This document shows positions 21,470 through 29,804 of a stretch of 64,000 nucleotides of DNA, one piece after another. The translations under genes and the position numbers were made by a program. The notes under the pieces are model-generated. The model worked only from the letters and a program-made list of their open reading frames with translations. It ran no database searches and had not been told where the DNA came from. The DNA is from a bacterium. Lineage in GTDB: Bacteria; SZUA-182; DTGQ01. The stretch lies in the NCBI GenBank assembly GCA_040755755.1, contig JBFLZW010000041.1, positions 2,102 to 66,101 on the forward strand, given 5' to 3'. Position 1 is the stretch's first letter. Every line of letters begins with the position of its first letter.

Positions 21470-23833
21470 TTGAAAGGAGTCATGGTTATGAATAAAAAAG
21501 GGTTTTGGAAAGTATTAATGGTAAGTTTGTTTATGGCTACAGCTATCGGGTTGGTGGCCAGTGGGGCGATGGCTCAGAATGTGCCAACTCAAGTGATGCT
21601 CACAGATGAGTATGGACTACAGGTACCATCCAATGTGGGTGGGACGATAGTTCTGGATAACTTCCAGTATTGGAACAGCCCCCGGGATATGGGATGGGAG
21701 CCGATAGAGCCTGCATATCCAATCTGGGGTGCCGGCATTGGTTATGGCATGGTGGAAACAGTGGTGGATTTCCAGGAAGGCAGCAGGGTAATGGAAGTAT
21801 ATTGCCCTCCATCAGTCTTCATGCAAATGAATGCTCCCACTATGATGCCGTATACCATCTCCAAATTGGCTAAATACCGACCTGCTCCTAACGGCGAAGA
21901 ATTACTGGGTATCCCTGGTGCTTTCAGCAATATGACCTTTAAGATCAAAGCACCGGTCAGCGTTGAATTGTTCGATACCTTCAGGGTTATTGTCAGAGTA
22001 AGAACAATAACTGACGCTAACACCGCCGCTGCCGTTAACCTCGCCAATGGGAAAACCGCTGATATGGATACCGTTACGGCAGGAGTGCAGGATGCAGATA
22101 TTCCAATTGGCGCTACTCAGGTAGGTTGTCCAAATTGCTTCCCTGCAAATCCACTTGCATTTGGCATAGTTGATATCGAATTCACCCCCAGGGATTTCCC
22201 GGTAGGATGTACACCCGATAACGTGGCTGGAAGAATTTTAACTCCAGTTCCTGCTACAACCGCAATCACTCCAGAAAGTGCTATCTATACTAAAGGCGGA
22301 CAGGCAACTGGTGCTCAGCCGAGCCGGATTCAGGTAGCTATGGGAAGAACCTTCCAGGATGGCTCCTGGCATTTTGAGCAGGAACCTCTGGCTACTATCG
22401 TGGGTGCTGTATATGGGCAGCAGATATTTGAAATTCTCGGTGTAACCGTAAGAGGTAATGGATATCGGTTAGACGATGTAATGTTCACTGTTCCCGGCGC
22501 TGACATCTCTAACAATAATGCGCCCTACCTGTTCCGCATTGGTCCTGTGTATGGTCAGTTATTCCTCACTGGACAGAGCAGATTCATCTTTGCTGAAGAT
22601 GCTGATAACGTCTGGTTCATGACTGATGCCGCCATGTTAGCTAAAGCACAGCTTGACCCCGCCTTCGGGCAAAAACTTAACGCCATGGCAGCTTCAATAC
22701 CTGCTTTGAAAGCCAGATTGCAAGCAGCTACTGCTACACCTGACTTTCCGTTCATCGAAGACAATGCCGGAAATACCCCCGGAAATAAAAGGGCTGATGG
22801 TACAGCGGGAACCGGCTTTACCCTTAGCGAGGCCCGTTTCAGAATCGGAGGAACATCGGTGGCCGGTTTGACCCAGCCAACGATCTTCCAGTTCACCGTA
22901 GGCGATACCCTTGGTCCAATATCACAGAACCTTGCTCAGCCGGTTGATCTTGCGACTGCTCTTGGTAGTGGTAATACTGATTTACTTCCTCCTTATATTC
23001 CGCTGCTCGGAGTTCCCGCTCAGAGATGGGTAATGAATACCCCTGCAGCAGGCGCTAACAATCCGATGGTTATCATGGCAATGGCTATGGCCAATACCTA
23101 TGGCGAGTTTATGGGTGTCCGGGTTCTGAAACCTGCCACCGGGCAAGTTTTTGAGGATATGATTGTAACTTGTAGAGTTACTGATTCAATGGCATATGAT
23201 ATGGAAACCTTCCCAATCAGTGTCGTAAATTATCCGGTAACTAACCTTCCTCCAATGATTGAGCAGTTGGAAGATCAGTTCTTCCAGGTTGGATCAACCG
23301 GAGTCTATCAGATTACCGCTACTGATCCCGACATGATTGATATGGTAGGTGGCTTGACCTATAAGGCTACCTTGAACGGTCTGCCAAATTATCAGTATGG
23401 TCCCTGGATGAATCAAATCATCAGTCCGACAACTGGTACCGTTTCATTTGCCCCTCAATTCGAGGGTGCTCTGACGTGCGTAGTGACGGTTACCGATCCT
23501 CGCGGAATGCAGGCTATAGGCCATTTCACCATCTTCTGTGTCAACTCCGGAACATGGCTTAACCATCCGCCTATTGTTACGAGTATCATCGAATCTCCGC
23601 AGATTACCAAGGCCGGTCAGTTGTTCACTATCAGTGATCTGAACATTGTTGATCCGGATAATCAGCAACTGTACTACTCTTGCAATGTTGGTGCTGTTGG
23701 AAGAGGCGGCGTCTTCACCTTCCAGAGCGAGTTCCCTGGCGAGTACTTAGTCCAGATTACCGCTTACGACATCCTGGGTGGCGCTGTAACACAACAGTTC
23801 GTCCTGCAAGTAATGCCCTGGTGGTCTTTCTAA
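21470..23833 (+). CDS. large secreted protein (putative surface/S-layer or adhesin-like) with a signal peptide
   Basis: It has a strong Shine-Dalgarno sequence (GAAAGGAG) and a signal peptide (...LVASGAMAQ). It is 787 aa and Thr/Gly/Ala/Val-rich. The C-terminal half has NxPP-initiated beta-domain-like repeats. It is preceded by a 260-nt leader and followed by a strong terminator. Confidence 0.7.
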   Translation: MKGVMVMNKKGFWKVLMVSLFMATAIGLVASGAMAQNVPTQVMLTDEYGLQVPSNVGGTIVLDNFQYWNSPRDMGWEPIEPAYPIWGAGIGYGMVETVVDFQEGSRVMEVYCPPSVFMQMNAPTMMPYTISKLAKYRPAPNGEELLGIPGAFSNMTFKIKAPVSVELFDTFRVIVRVRTITDANTAAAVNLANGKTADMDTVTAGVQDADIPIGATQVGCPNCFPANPLAFGIVDIEFTPRDFPVGCTPDNVAGRILTPVPATTAITPESAIYTKGGQATGAQPSRIQVAMGRTFQDGSWHFEQEPLATIVGAVYGQQIFEILGVTVRGNGYRLDDVMFTVPGADISNNNAPYLFRIGPVYGQLFLTGQSRFIFAEDADNVWFMTDAAMLAKAQLDPAFGQKLNAMAASIPALKARLQAATATPDFPFIEDNAGNTPGNKRADGTAGTGFTLSEARFRIGGTSVAGLTQPTIFQFTVGDTLGPISQNLAQPVDLATALGSGNTDLLPPYIPLLGVPAQRWVMNTPAAGANNPMVIMAMAMANTYGEFMGVRVLKPATGQVFEDMIVTCRVTDSMAYDMETFPISVVNYPVTNLPPMIEQLEDQFFQVGSTGVYQITATDPDMIDMVGGLTYKATLNGLPNYQYGPWMNQIISPTTGTVSFAPQFEGALTCVVTVTDPRGMQAIGHFTIFCVNSGTWLNHPPIVTSIIESPQITKAGQLFTISDLNIVDPDNQQLYYSCNVGAVGRGGVFTFQSEFPGEYLVQITAYDILGGAVTQQFVLQVMPWWSF

Positions 23834-23883
23834 GCTGTGAGTCTCGGAAGATATTGAGACACTGTTCTCAATATCGCATCATA

Positions 23884-23927
23884 CAAGCGGGCAGCAGAAG
23901 TTCTTGCTGCCCGCTTGATTTTTTTCT
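23884..23927 (+). terminator. rho-independent terminator
   Basis: The stem CAAGCGGGCAGCAGAAGTTCTTGCTGCCCGCTTG is followed by ATTTTTTTC. Confidence 0.85.
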
Positions 23928-24158
23928 GGCGGGTATCATTCGAGGTCATCACGGGGATGGGAAGATTACAAAATTGTTCATCCTCAATTACTCTTTGGTA
24001 ATGAAAGAAAAAACCGCGATACAGAATTGTAATGGCTTACATGATACTCTCCCCAACCTCCCCCAAAATCCTTGATCCTTCCTTCCTGGTACAAAATTTG
24101 CCCTAAGAGCAGGGAGAATATCCGAGTAATAAGATTCCACTCACGGGGAGGAAAACCT

Positions 24159-24773
24159 ATGACTGCAATTTTCCAGGGGGGAAGTGTATTTACCTATAGT
24201 ATTTTCGCTATCTCAATAATTGCTTTGGGCTTGTTTTGCGAGCGGATTAATTACCTGTACTTTCGCTTGAAATTAAATGCTGATGATACCCTTCAGAGAA
24301 TTGTGCTCCTGCTTGAAAAAACAAATATCCGGGGCGCATTGGAAGAGTGTGTCAAGATTGAAAAGCATCCTCTTGGCCGGACCCTGAAGGCAGGGCTCCT
24401 CAGATTGAATAAAAAAGACAAGGAGATCGAAATGGCCATGGAAGAGAAAATCCTGAGAGAAATCCCGATCATCAGGGCGGGAATAAACTATATGGCTCTA
24501 TTCGCAATCATATCAATTCTCCTTGGATTTTTGGGGACGATAATGGGTTTAATAACTTTCCTCAAGGGAATGGGTCAGGAAAGCGGTACGCAGATAATTA
24601 TGGGGGGAATATCTCAGGCAATGCTCAATATTGCCCTGGGCTTGATTGTAGCCATACCATGCCTGATTGGGTATTTTATTCTCAATAACCGGGGAAATTA
24701 CCTCATTGGTCAATTGAAGGAAAAATCACTGGGCCTTTTCAATGCTCTTTCTACCCTGAGGAGCAATGCCTGA
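24159..24773 (+). CDS. MotA/TolQ/ExbB-family proton channel protein (orphan, with no ExbD/TolR/MotB partner adjacent)
   Basis: It has the TolQ-like 3-TM topology and the conserved TM2/TM3 motifs (GFLGTIMGL; ALGLIVAIPCLIGY). The ATG at 24159 is preceded by GGGGAGGA. The ORF track starts earlier, at 24072. Confidence 0.8.
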   Translation: MTAIFQGGSVFTYSIFAISIIALGLFCERINYLYFRLKLNADDTLQRIVLLLEKTNIRGALEECVKIEKHPLGRTLKAGLLRLNKKDKEIEMAMEEKILREIPIIRAGINYMALFAIISILLGFLGTIMGLITFLKGMGQESGTQIIMGGISQAMLNIALGLIVAIPCLIGYFILNNRGNYLIGQLKEKSLGLFNALSTLRSNA

Positions 24774-24830
24774 TAAGAAGGTAAAAATAAGGTTTAAATA
24801 CACGTGCATCAGAACAGTGAAGAGGAAAAG

Positions 24831-27041
24831 ATGAATCTGAAGACCGAACCGGAACAAAGCATATTGACAAATGAGTTCATCCTGAATAGTCCTCTTGTAC
24901 CAGCATGGGAAGGCAAAGAACCAGGGTTGCAGCAGGAGGATGGAAAATTCCTGGAATTTTCGATTTTCGAGGGGAAGGATTTTTTCAGGAGTGAGCGGTT
25001 CTCCAAGGGAAAGATAATCGTAGGCAAAAGCGAAGAAGCAGACATCATTCTCCAGGGGCGAAATATTTTTGATATCCACGCTTTTTTTTACCGGAACGGT
25101 GATCAGGTTTTTGTATCGGATGGAGATCTTGGCAGCGGTGTTATAGTAAATGGCAGATTTGTATCCTCCCGAGCATTAAATCCTCATGATTTAGTATTCA
25201 TAGGTCCATATACGATCAAAGTTCAGCTAGGCAAAGCTTACAGTCAGCCTTCAGGAGACGATTTTCCGGATACGAATACCGTGACAGTTCAGGCTCCGGA
25301 AGAAGATGATTCCCCGGTGACGGAGATGGATACGGATACGGTTACAACAGGCGAATATAGCAAAAATGAGCCTGATGGAATGCAGGGGATCATCCGATCA
25401 CTGGAAAATGAACCTGACCAGGTTTTTCACGACTATGAGAAGCCGGATTTGACCATACCCCCTGATGTCATGAAAGAGCAGGTTTCACCCGGAATTGAAT
25501 TATCGTGGCATGAGGAGGTAGATTTTTCCCCGACGGGTGAAGATCTGCAAATTTACTCTGATGGAGAATATCCCGATCCAGAGGTTCAAAGAATTGAAGG
25601 CAATAATGTGCCGGAAGAGGATGACCTATCGGATTTTCAATTTGAGCCGTTATTTGCTGATCCTCATCCTGATTCTCAACACGAATTGCAAGAGAAGAAA
25701 AATGAGCCGGAAGACGATTCCGGGAGCGAGAGCTATTACGATGATGCTATCTTATTAACCTTTCCTAGGGCTGAGGACAATGATCAGTCCCATTCTGAGC
25801 CGGTAGTTTTGGAAGTAGAATCGCATGAAGATCCGCGAGTGCCTCACATATTGGAATTAGATGTCAGTGCACAGGCAGAGGCTGACATCCTATCGCAGAG
25901 CAAAAGCAATGAGGTTAGACTAGATGTTCCCAATTTCCCCTTTCTGGATGAGGAGGGTGAAAATAGCCATCACCCCCACCCAACCTCCCCCCTCAAGGGG
26001 GAGGGGAAAGATGGATGTCCTCAGCAAAGATGGGGAACATCTGAGAGTGGACCGGGAACAACAATCCATTCCGAAAATCAGGAAAATCCCCAGGAGGTAT
26101 TAAAGCGGATCATCGATCAAATTTCGAATTTTTCAAGTACCGCTACTGATATACCTGCTATCCCCCAAGGGGAAAGGGACCGGACATTTACTCATCAGGA
26201 AGAGAATGATAAGTATCATGAGGACACTGAGAACCATGCCCTGGAATTTTCAACCCAGAGAGTCCAGGAACCTGGAGTCAGTGCTGGATGGACAGGGATC
26301 GAGGATCGGATTCAACCTCCCGGCATAGGATCGGAAATCGACATCCCGGCTAACCAGGTGAATAGGGAGAATACGTCCCAAGGTTCAGATATCGAACAGG
26401 TAAGAACTGGAATTCGGAGCTTTTTCCCAAAGATCCTTAGTTCAATTGAAATGGTAAAAAGAAAAGTTCAGAGTTTAACTTGTGGCCACATACTTCACAA
26501 GAAACCGGATGAAGCGGGTGATGAAGATGAGGAGATGGAGATAGAGGGAAGGGAGGATTTTGATCAGCCACCGCAACTATTGGCCAGCCAGAGTGCAGGA
26601 GAAGAAGATGATGAGGAGGAGGAAATCCTCCCCAGGATCATATTTCCGATAAAAGAAAGCCTTATGCAGTATCAGCAGCAGGAAACCATTCTGGATCCTG
26701 GCGAGGTAGTGCTTGAAGTATTGAAGTGCCGGGGAGATGATGTAGTCGATATGTGCTTTTTAACCAGGAAGGAGAAATACAGCAGTTTGAATGAATTTGG
26801 CCGGTTTTATGTGGCTGAAAACAAGGATCAGGAAACCTTTTACTTTTATTTTACCGATCAATTCAAGGGCAAAATCCAGTTCAGTGACAGTTATTCTATA
26901 GACATTGAAAGATTATCCATCATTGAAGAGGTATACCGGAAAAAAGGAAGGGTTTACCGGTGTCTGCTCCCGATGAACGGAGTAGTATCCCTGTATGACG
27001 GCAGCTATGACTATTACCTGCGACTCGTCAAGCCCGCTTAA
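24831..27041 (+). CDS. FHA-domain protein with a long acidic disordered linker and an uncharacterised C-terminal domain
   Basis: An N-terminal FHA-like fold is present (IIVGKSEEADIILQGRNIFDIHAFFYRNGDQVFVSDGDLGSGVIVNGRFV...LVFIGPYTIKV). It is followed by about 400 aa of D/E-rich sequence and then a roughly 140-aa conserved-looking C-terminal domain. The ORF track start at 24804 is a GTG. The ATG at 24831 has a GAGGAAAAG Shine-Dalgarno sequence. Confidence 0.7.
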   Translation: MNLKTEPEQSILTNEFILNSPLVPAWEGKEPGLQQEDGKFLEFSIFEGKDFFRSERFSKGKIIVGKSEEADIILQGRNIFDIHAFFYRNGDQVFVSDGDLGSGVIVNGRFVSSRALNPHDLVFIGPYTIKVQLGKAYSQPSGDDFPDTNTVTVQAPEEDDSPVTEMDTDTVTTGEYSKNEPDGMQGIIRSLENEPDQVFHDYEKPDLTIPPDVMKEQVSPGIELSWHEEVDFSPTGEDLQIYSDGEYPDPEVQRIEGNNVPEEDDLSDFQFEPLFADPHPDSQHELQEKKNEPEDDSGSESYYDDAILLTFPRAEDNDQSHSEPVVLEVESHEDPRVPHILELDVSAQAEADILSQSKSNEVRLDVPNFPFLDEEGENSHHPHPTSPLKGEGKDGCPQQRWGTSESGPGTTIHSENQENPQEVLKRIIDQISNFSSTATDIPAIPQGERDRTFTHQEENDKYHEDTENHALEFSTQRVQEPGVSAGWTGIEDRIQPPGIGSEIDIPANQVNRENTSQGSDIEQVRTGIRSFFPKILSSIEMVKRKVQSLTCGHILHKKPDEAGDEDEEMEIEGREDFDQPPQLLASQSAGEEDDEEEEILPRIIFPIKESLMQYQQQETILDPGEVVLEVLKCRGDDVVDMCFLTRKEKYSSLNEFGRFYVAENKDQETFYFYFTDQFKGKIQFSDSYSIDIERLSIIEEVYRKKGRVYRCLLPMNGVVSLYDGSYDYYLRLVKPA
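25922..26043 (+). mobile_element. MITE-like repeat copy (family with AGATGTTCCCCATCT termini) embedded in-frame in the FHA-protein CDS
   Basis: It shares about 120 bp of collinear similarity with the intergenic copy at 38984..39129. The shared parts are the left end AGATGTTCCCAAT, the CATCACCCCCACCCA...CCTCAAGGGGGAGG core and the right end AAGATGGGGAACATCT. Confidence 0.55.
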
Positions 27042-27205
27042 AAGCTAACAACTCACAGAATCTATTCTTTCTTCCTTGACTTTAGCTATCTCTATCTTTT
27101 AAAATTCTGTGTTGGTCTTGCAGGAGGGAAATACTTACTCAATTCCAAATTTTTCATATACTGCTATTCAGATCCAGCAGGTATTACAATATAAAAAACA
27201 GGGAA

Positions 27206-27523
27206 ATGGCTCCAATAGAATCTGTTTTAAATGAGATAGTGCGCAGAATCGTTGAAACTGTGCATCCAAAAAGAATTATTCTTTTTGGATCTGCTGTTCG
27301 AGGAAATATGGGACCTGACAGCGATCTGGACCTGCTCATTGTTGTATCATCGGGTGAGCATCGACGTAAGACAGCGCAGAAAATTTATAGAAATCTAATC
27401 GGCGTAGGTTTTGCAACCGATATCGTTGTGGTTACAGAAGGTGATCTGGAAAATTATAAAGATTGTATCGACCTGGTAATCCAACCGGCCCTCGAAGAAG
27501 GGAGAGTGCTCTATGCTGCGTGA
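27206..27523 (+). CDS. nucleotidyltransferase (MNT-type antitoxin) of a HEPN/MNT toxin-antitoxin pair
   Basis: The Pol-beta-like NTase motif GSAVRGNMGPDSDLDLL is present in a 105-aa protein that overlaps the following HEPN gene. Confidence 0.85.
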   Translation: MAPIESVLNEIVRRIVETVHPKRIILFGSAVRGNMGPDSDLDLLIVVSSGEHRRKTAQKIYRNLIGVGFATDIVVVTEGDLENYKDCIDLVIQPALEEGRVLYAA

Positions 27524-27926
27524 TCCGGGTGATTACCGTAATCCACATGAATGGATCAAAAGAGCAAAAAGTAATCTTATCCGTGCCCGGCAGCCTAAAG
27601 TGGAGGGGATATTATGGGAGGACCTTTGTTTTGACACTCAGCAGGCTGTGGAAAAGGCATTGAAAGCAGTGCTCTTGTCGCGGGGCATACGGTTTCGGTT
27701 TGTTCATGATATTGCTGAGCTGCTGACGATCCTTGAAAAACATGCTATTCACTTGCCTGATGAGATACGGGCCGCCGCCGGGTTGACCGATTATGCAGTG
27801 GAAACCAGATATCCGGGCACGGCTGAACCGGTTACCGAGGAGGAATTCAAAGAAGCACTCAGGACTGCTGAAGCAGTAGTCGTCTGGGCTCAGAGTTTGA
27901 TTGACGGCCCATCCTGCCAGAAGTGA
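27513..27926 (+). CDS. HEPN-domain protein (toxin partner)
   Basis: 137 aa with an Rx4H motif (RFRFVH). It overlaps the NTase gene by 11 bp, which is the typical HEPN/MNT module arrangement. Confidence 0.8.
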   Translation: MLRDPGDYRNPHEWIKRAKSNLIRARQPKVEGILWEDLCFDTQQAVEKALKAVLLSRGIRFRFVHDIAELLTILEKHAIHLPDEIRAAAGLTDYAVETRYPGTAEPVTEEEFKEALRTAEAVVVWAQSLIDGPSCQK

Positions 27927-28054
27927 ATACTCGAAGCTAGCAATATCGCCTATTCCCTTCAGTAATCAATCCCCTTTTGCGGCTCGATTCCCTGTCTGAA
28001 GGCATACGGTATAGGCCCTTTGAATCATCTGGGGAGAGCATCTGTGCCTGAGAG

Positions 28055-29335
28055 TTATTTCGGCATCCAGCCCAGGGTGAGGCCAAAGGTTATATCATCG
28101 GGTTGAAGCGGTATCAGGTCATTCCGTACAAAGGTCTTTCCATTCCATTGATATTGGCGTAAGAAGTGCTGATCGTCCGAGGCCACGTAAATTTCGTTCT
28201 TACCATCGTGATCGAGGTCAGAAATGAGGGTGGCATGCTCAAAGCCGCTGGATTGGTCGTCGATCAGGGACTTCTCCCAATTCCCCTGCTCCTTTTGCCG
28301 TAACACCCAGATACCGGATTGCATGGTCGAAGCCACGATGTCAATAGACCCGTCTCCATCCACATCGGCAGCCGTGAGATAGCGGCAGAGCATATCCGGC
28401 AGGTCTGCAATGATCTGTCCGCTCAACTGCCCGTTCACAAACCGGTATTGCTTGATCTTGGCAGTGTCCACAAGGCCCGGCTGTCCCTGGACAGTGCCCA
28501 TTTCGCCCTCGATAGCTGCAAACAGGTCAGGATACCCGGAGCCGGTGACATCGGCGGCCAGGATCTCTTTAACGTGACGGTTGGGGAATTCCTCAACAAT
28601 ATCGCTCAGGAATCGCTCTCCATCGAACCGGTACATGATGATCTTTCCCGGTTGGGGGCTTCCGTCAAGACGATTGGGAGCACTGGGTGTGGAAAAGAAT
28701 TCCTTCTTCCCATCGTGGTTAATGTCCCCGATTTCGATTTCATGAACGAAAGTGTCCGGGGTCCGGCCAAGCTCCGTGATAACCCAGGCTCCATCTTTCC
28801 ACTGAAGCACGGCCACAATACCCTGGTCATGGGTGGCGATAACAAGATCATCTCCACCGTCCCCCGTTACATCGCCAGTTTCTACATCCCTCAATCGGTT
28901 CTGTTCCCCCCCAAAAGTGGGGTTCCAGAGCAAAGTCCCTTTCCACTGGCCTGCCTCGTTCCGGTGCCACAGTTTGAGGGCGGCGGCATTGCCGGAAATA
29001 GTTAAAATTCCCGGTTGTCCTGATGGCGGATTGAACCAGAGAGCTTTATGAAAAACATTACTTTCCGGATCTTCCAAAAGAGTGCTTTTCCATCCATCCG
29101 GCGTCCTTTTGACCATCGTCAGTTTGGCGGCACCGGGGATGGACCGTGCTTCCCCGTCCGGTTGTTGTTCTGTCCGAAACTGCGCCTGAGCCAGAAAAAG
29201 TACAGCAGAGGAGGATGCGGCATGGCTCAGGCCATTTCCTGAGGGAGCATGCGCCGCCTTCAGGCATCCGGTAATACCACCCAGCAAGGCTGCCAGAAGT
29301 ATGAAGAAGCAAAAATTCCTGTACCTGTATTTCAT
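28055..29335 (-). CDS. FG-GAP repeat (beta-propeller) lipoprotein
   Basis: A lipobox is present (LLGGITGC). Repeated FG-GAP/Ca-binding-like motifs follow (DVTGDGGDDLV, ADVTGSGYPDLF, ADVDGDGSIDIV, SDLDHDGKNEIYV). The ORF track start at 29422 would overlap the upstream gene, so MKYRYRN at 29335 was preferred. Confidence 0.7.
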   Translation of the reverse strand: MKYRYRNFCFFILLAALLGGITGCLKAAHAPSGNGLSHAASSSAVLFLAQAQFRTEQQPDGEARSIPGAAKLTMVKRTPDGWKSTLLEDPESNVFHKALWFNPPSGQPGILTISGNAAALKLWHRNEAGQWKGTLLWNPTFGGEQNRLRDVETGDVTGDGGDDLVIATHDQGIVAVLQWKDGAWVITELGRTPDTFVHEIEIGDINHDGKKEFFSTPSAPNRLDGSPQPGKIIMYRFDGERFLSDIVEEFPNRHVKEILAADVTGSGYPDLFAAIEGEMGTVQGQPGLVDTAKIKQYRFVNGQLSGQIIADLPDMLCRYLTAADVDGDGSIDIVASTMQSGIWVLRQKEQGNWEKSLIDDQSSGFEHATLISDLDHDGKNEIYVASDDQHFLRQYQWNGKTFVRNDLIPLQPDDITFGLTLGWMPK

Positions 29336-29336
29336 A

Positions 29337-29780
29337 TTATTTGACTCCAGATGGGGGATTTTTGATATAAATGACCTCAAAAGGGGCTTCATGAAGAGAA
29401 GTCGAAATACGCTTCTGGGCAATGATCGTAGATACCTGCTTTTCTTTGGCCAGGCGCAGAATATTATCGATATACGGTCCCTTGATAACGATAAATTCGG
29501 TCTCCAGACCCTTCTCCCGTGCTTTTTGCTGAATGCTGTGCAGGGCTTTCAGAATGACTTCGCCCCGCTTCTCTTTAATCTCTTCCCGGAGCTGATCGAG
29601 CACCTTTCGACCGAGAAAGCTTACATCTTCCATCATCCGGCTGACTTTGCCCGACATATTGGCCTCCCGGATGTCAAGGACAATCAGCCGGGCTTTCTTC
29701 TGGAGAGCCATCTCGATAGCATAGCTTGCAATTTTATCCGAAATTTGGGTGGCTGAAAATACCACCATGATTGTTTCCAT
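29337..29780 (-). CDS. universal stress protein (UspA)-like
   Basis: 147 aa with an alpha/beta USP-like pattern (MVVFSAT...ARLIVLDI...STIIAQKR). The match is weak. Confidence 0.45.
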   Translation of the reverse strand: METIMVVFSATQISDKIASYAIEMALQKKARLIVLDIREANMSGKVSRMMEDVSFLGRKVLDQLREEIKEKRGEVILKALHSIQQKAREKGLETEFIVIKGPYIDNILRLAKEKQVSTIIAQKRISTSLHEAPFEVIYIKNPPSGVK

Positions 29781-29804
29781 AGCAGTTTCGCTTTCCTTCT
29801 TTTT

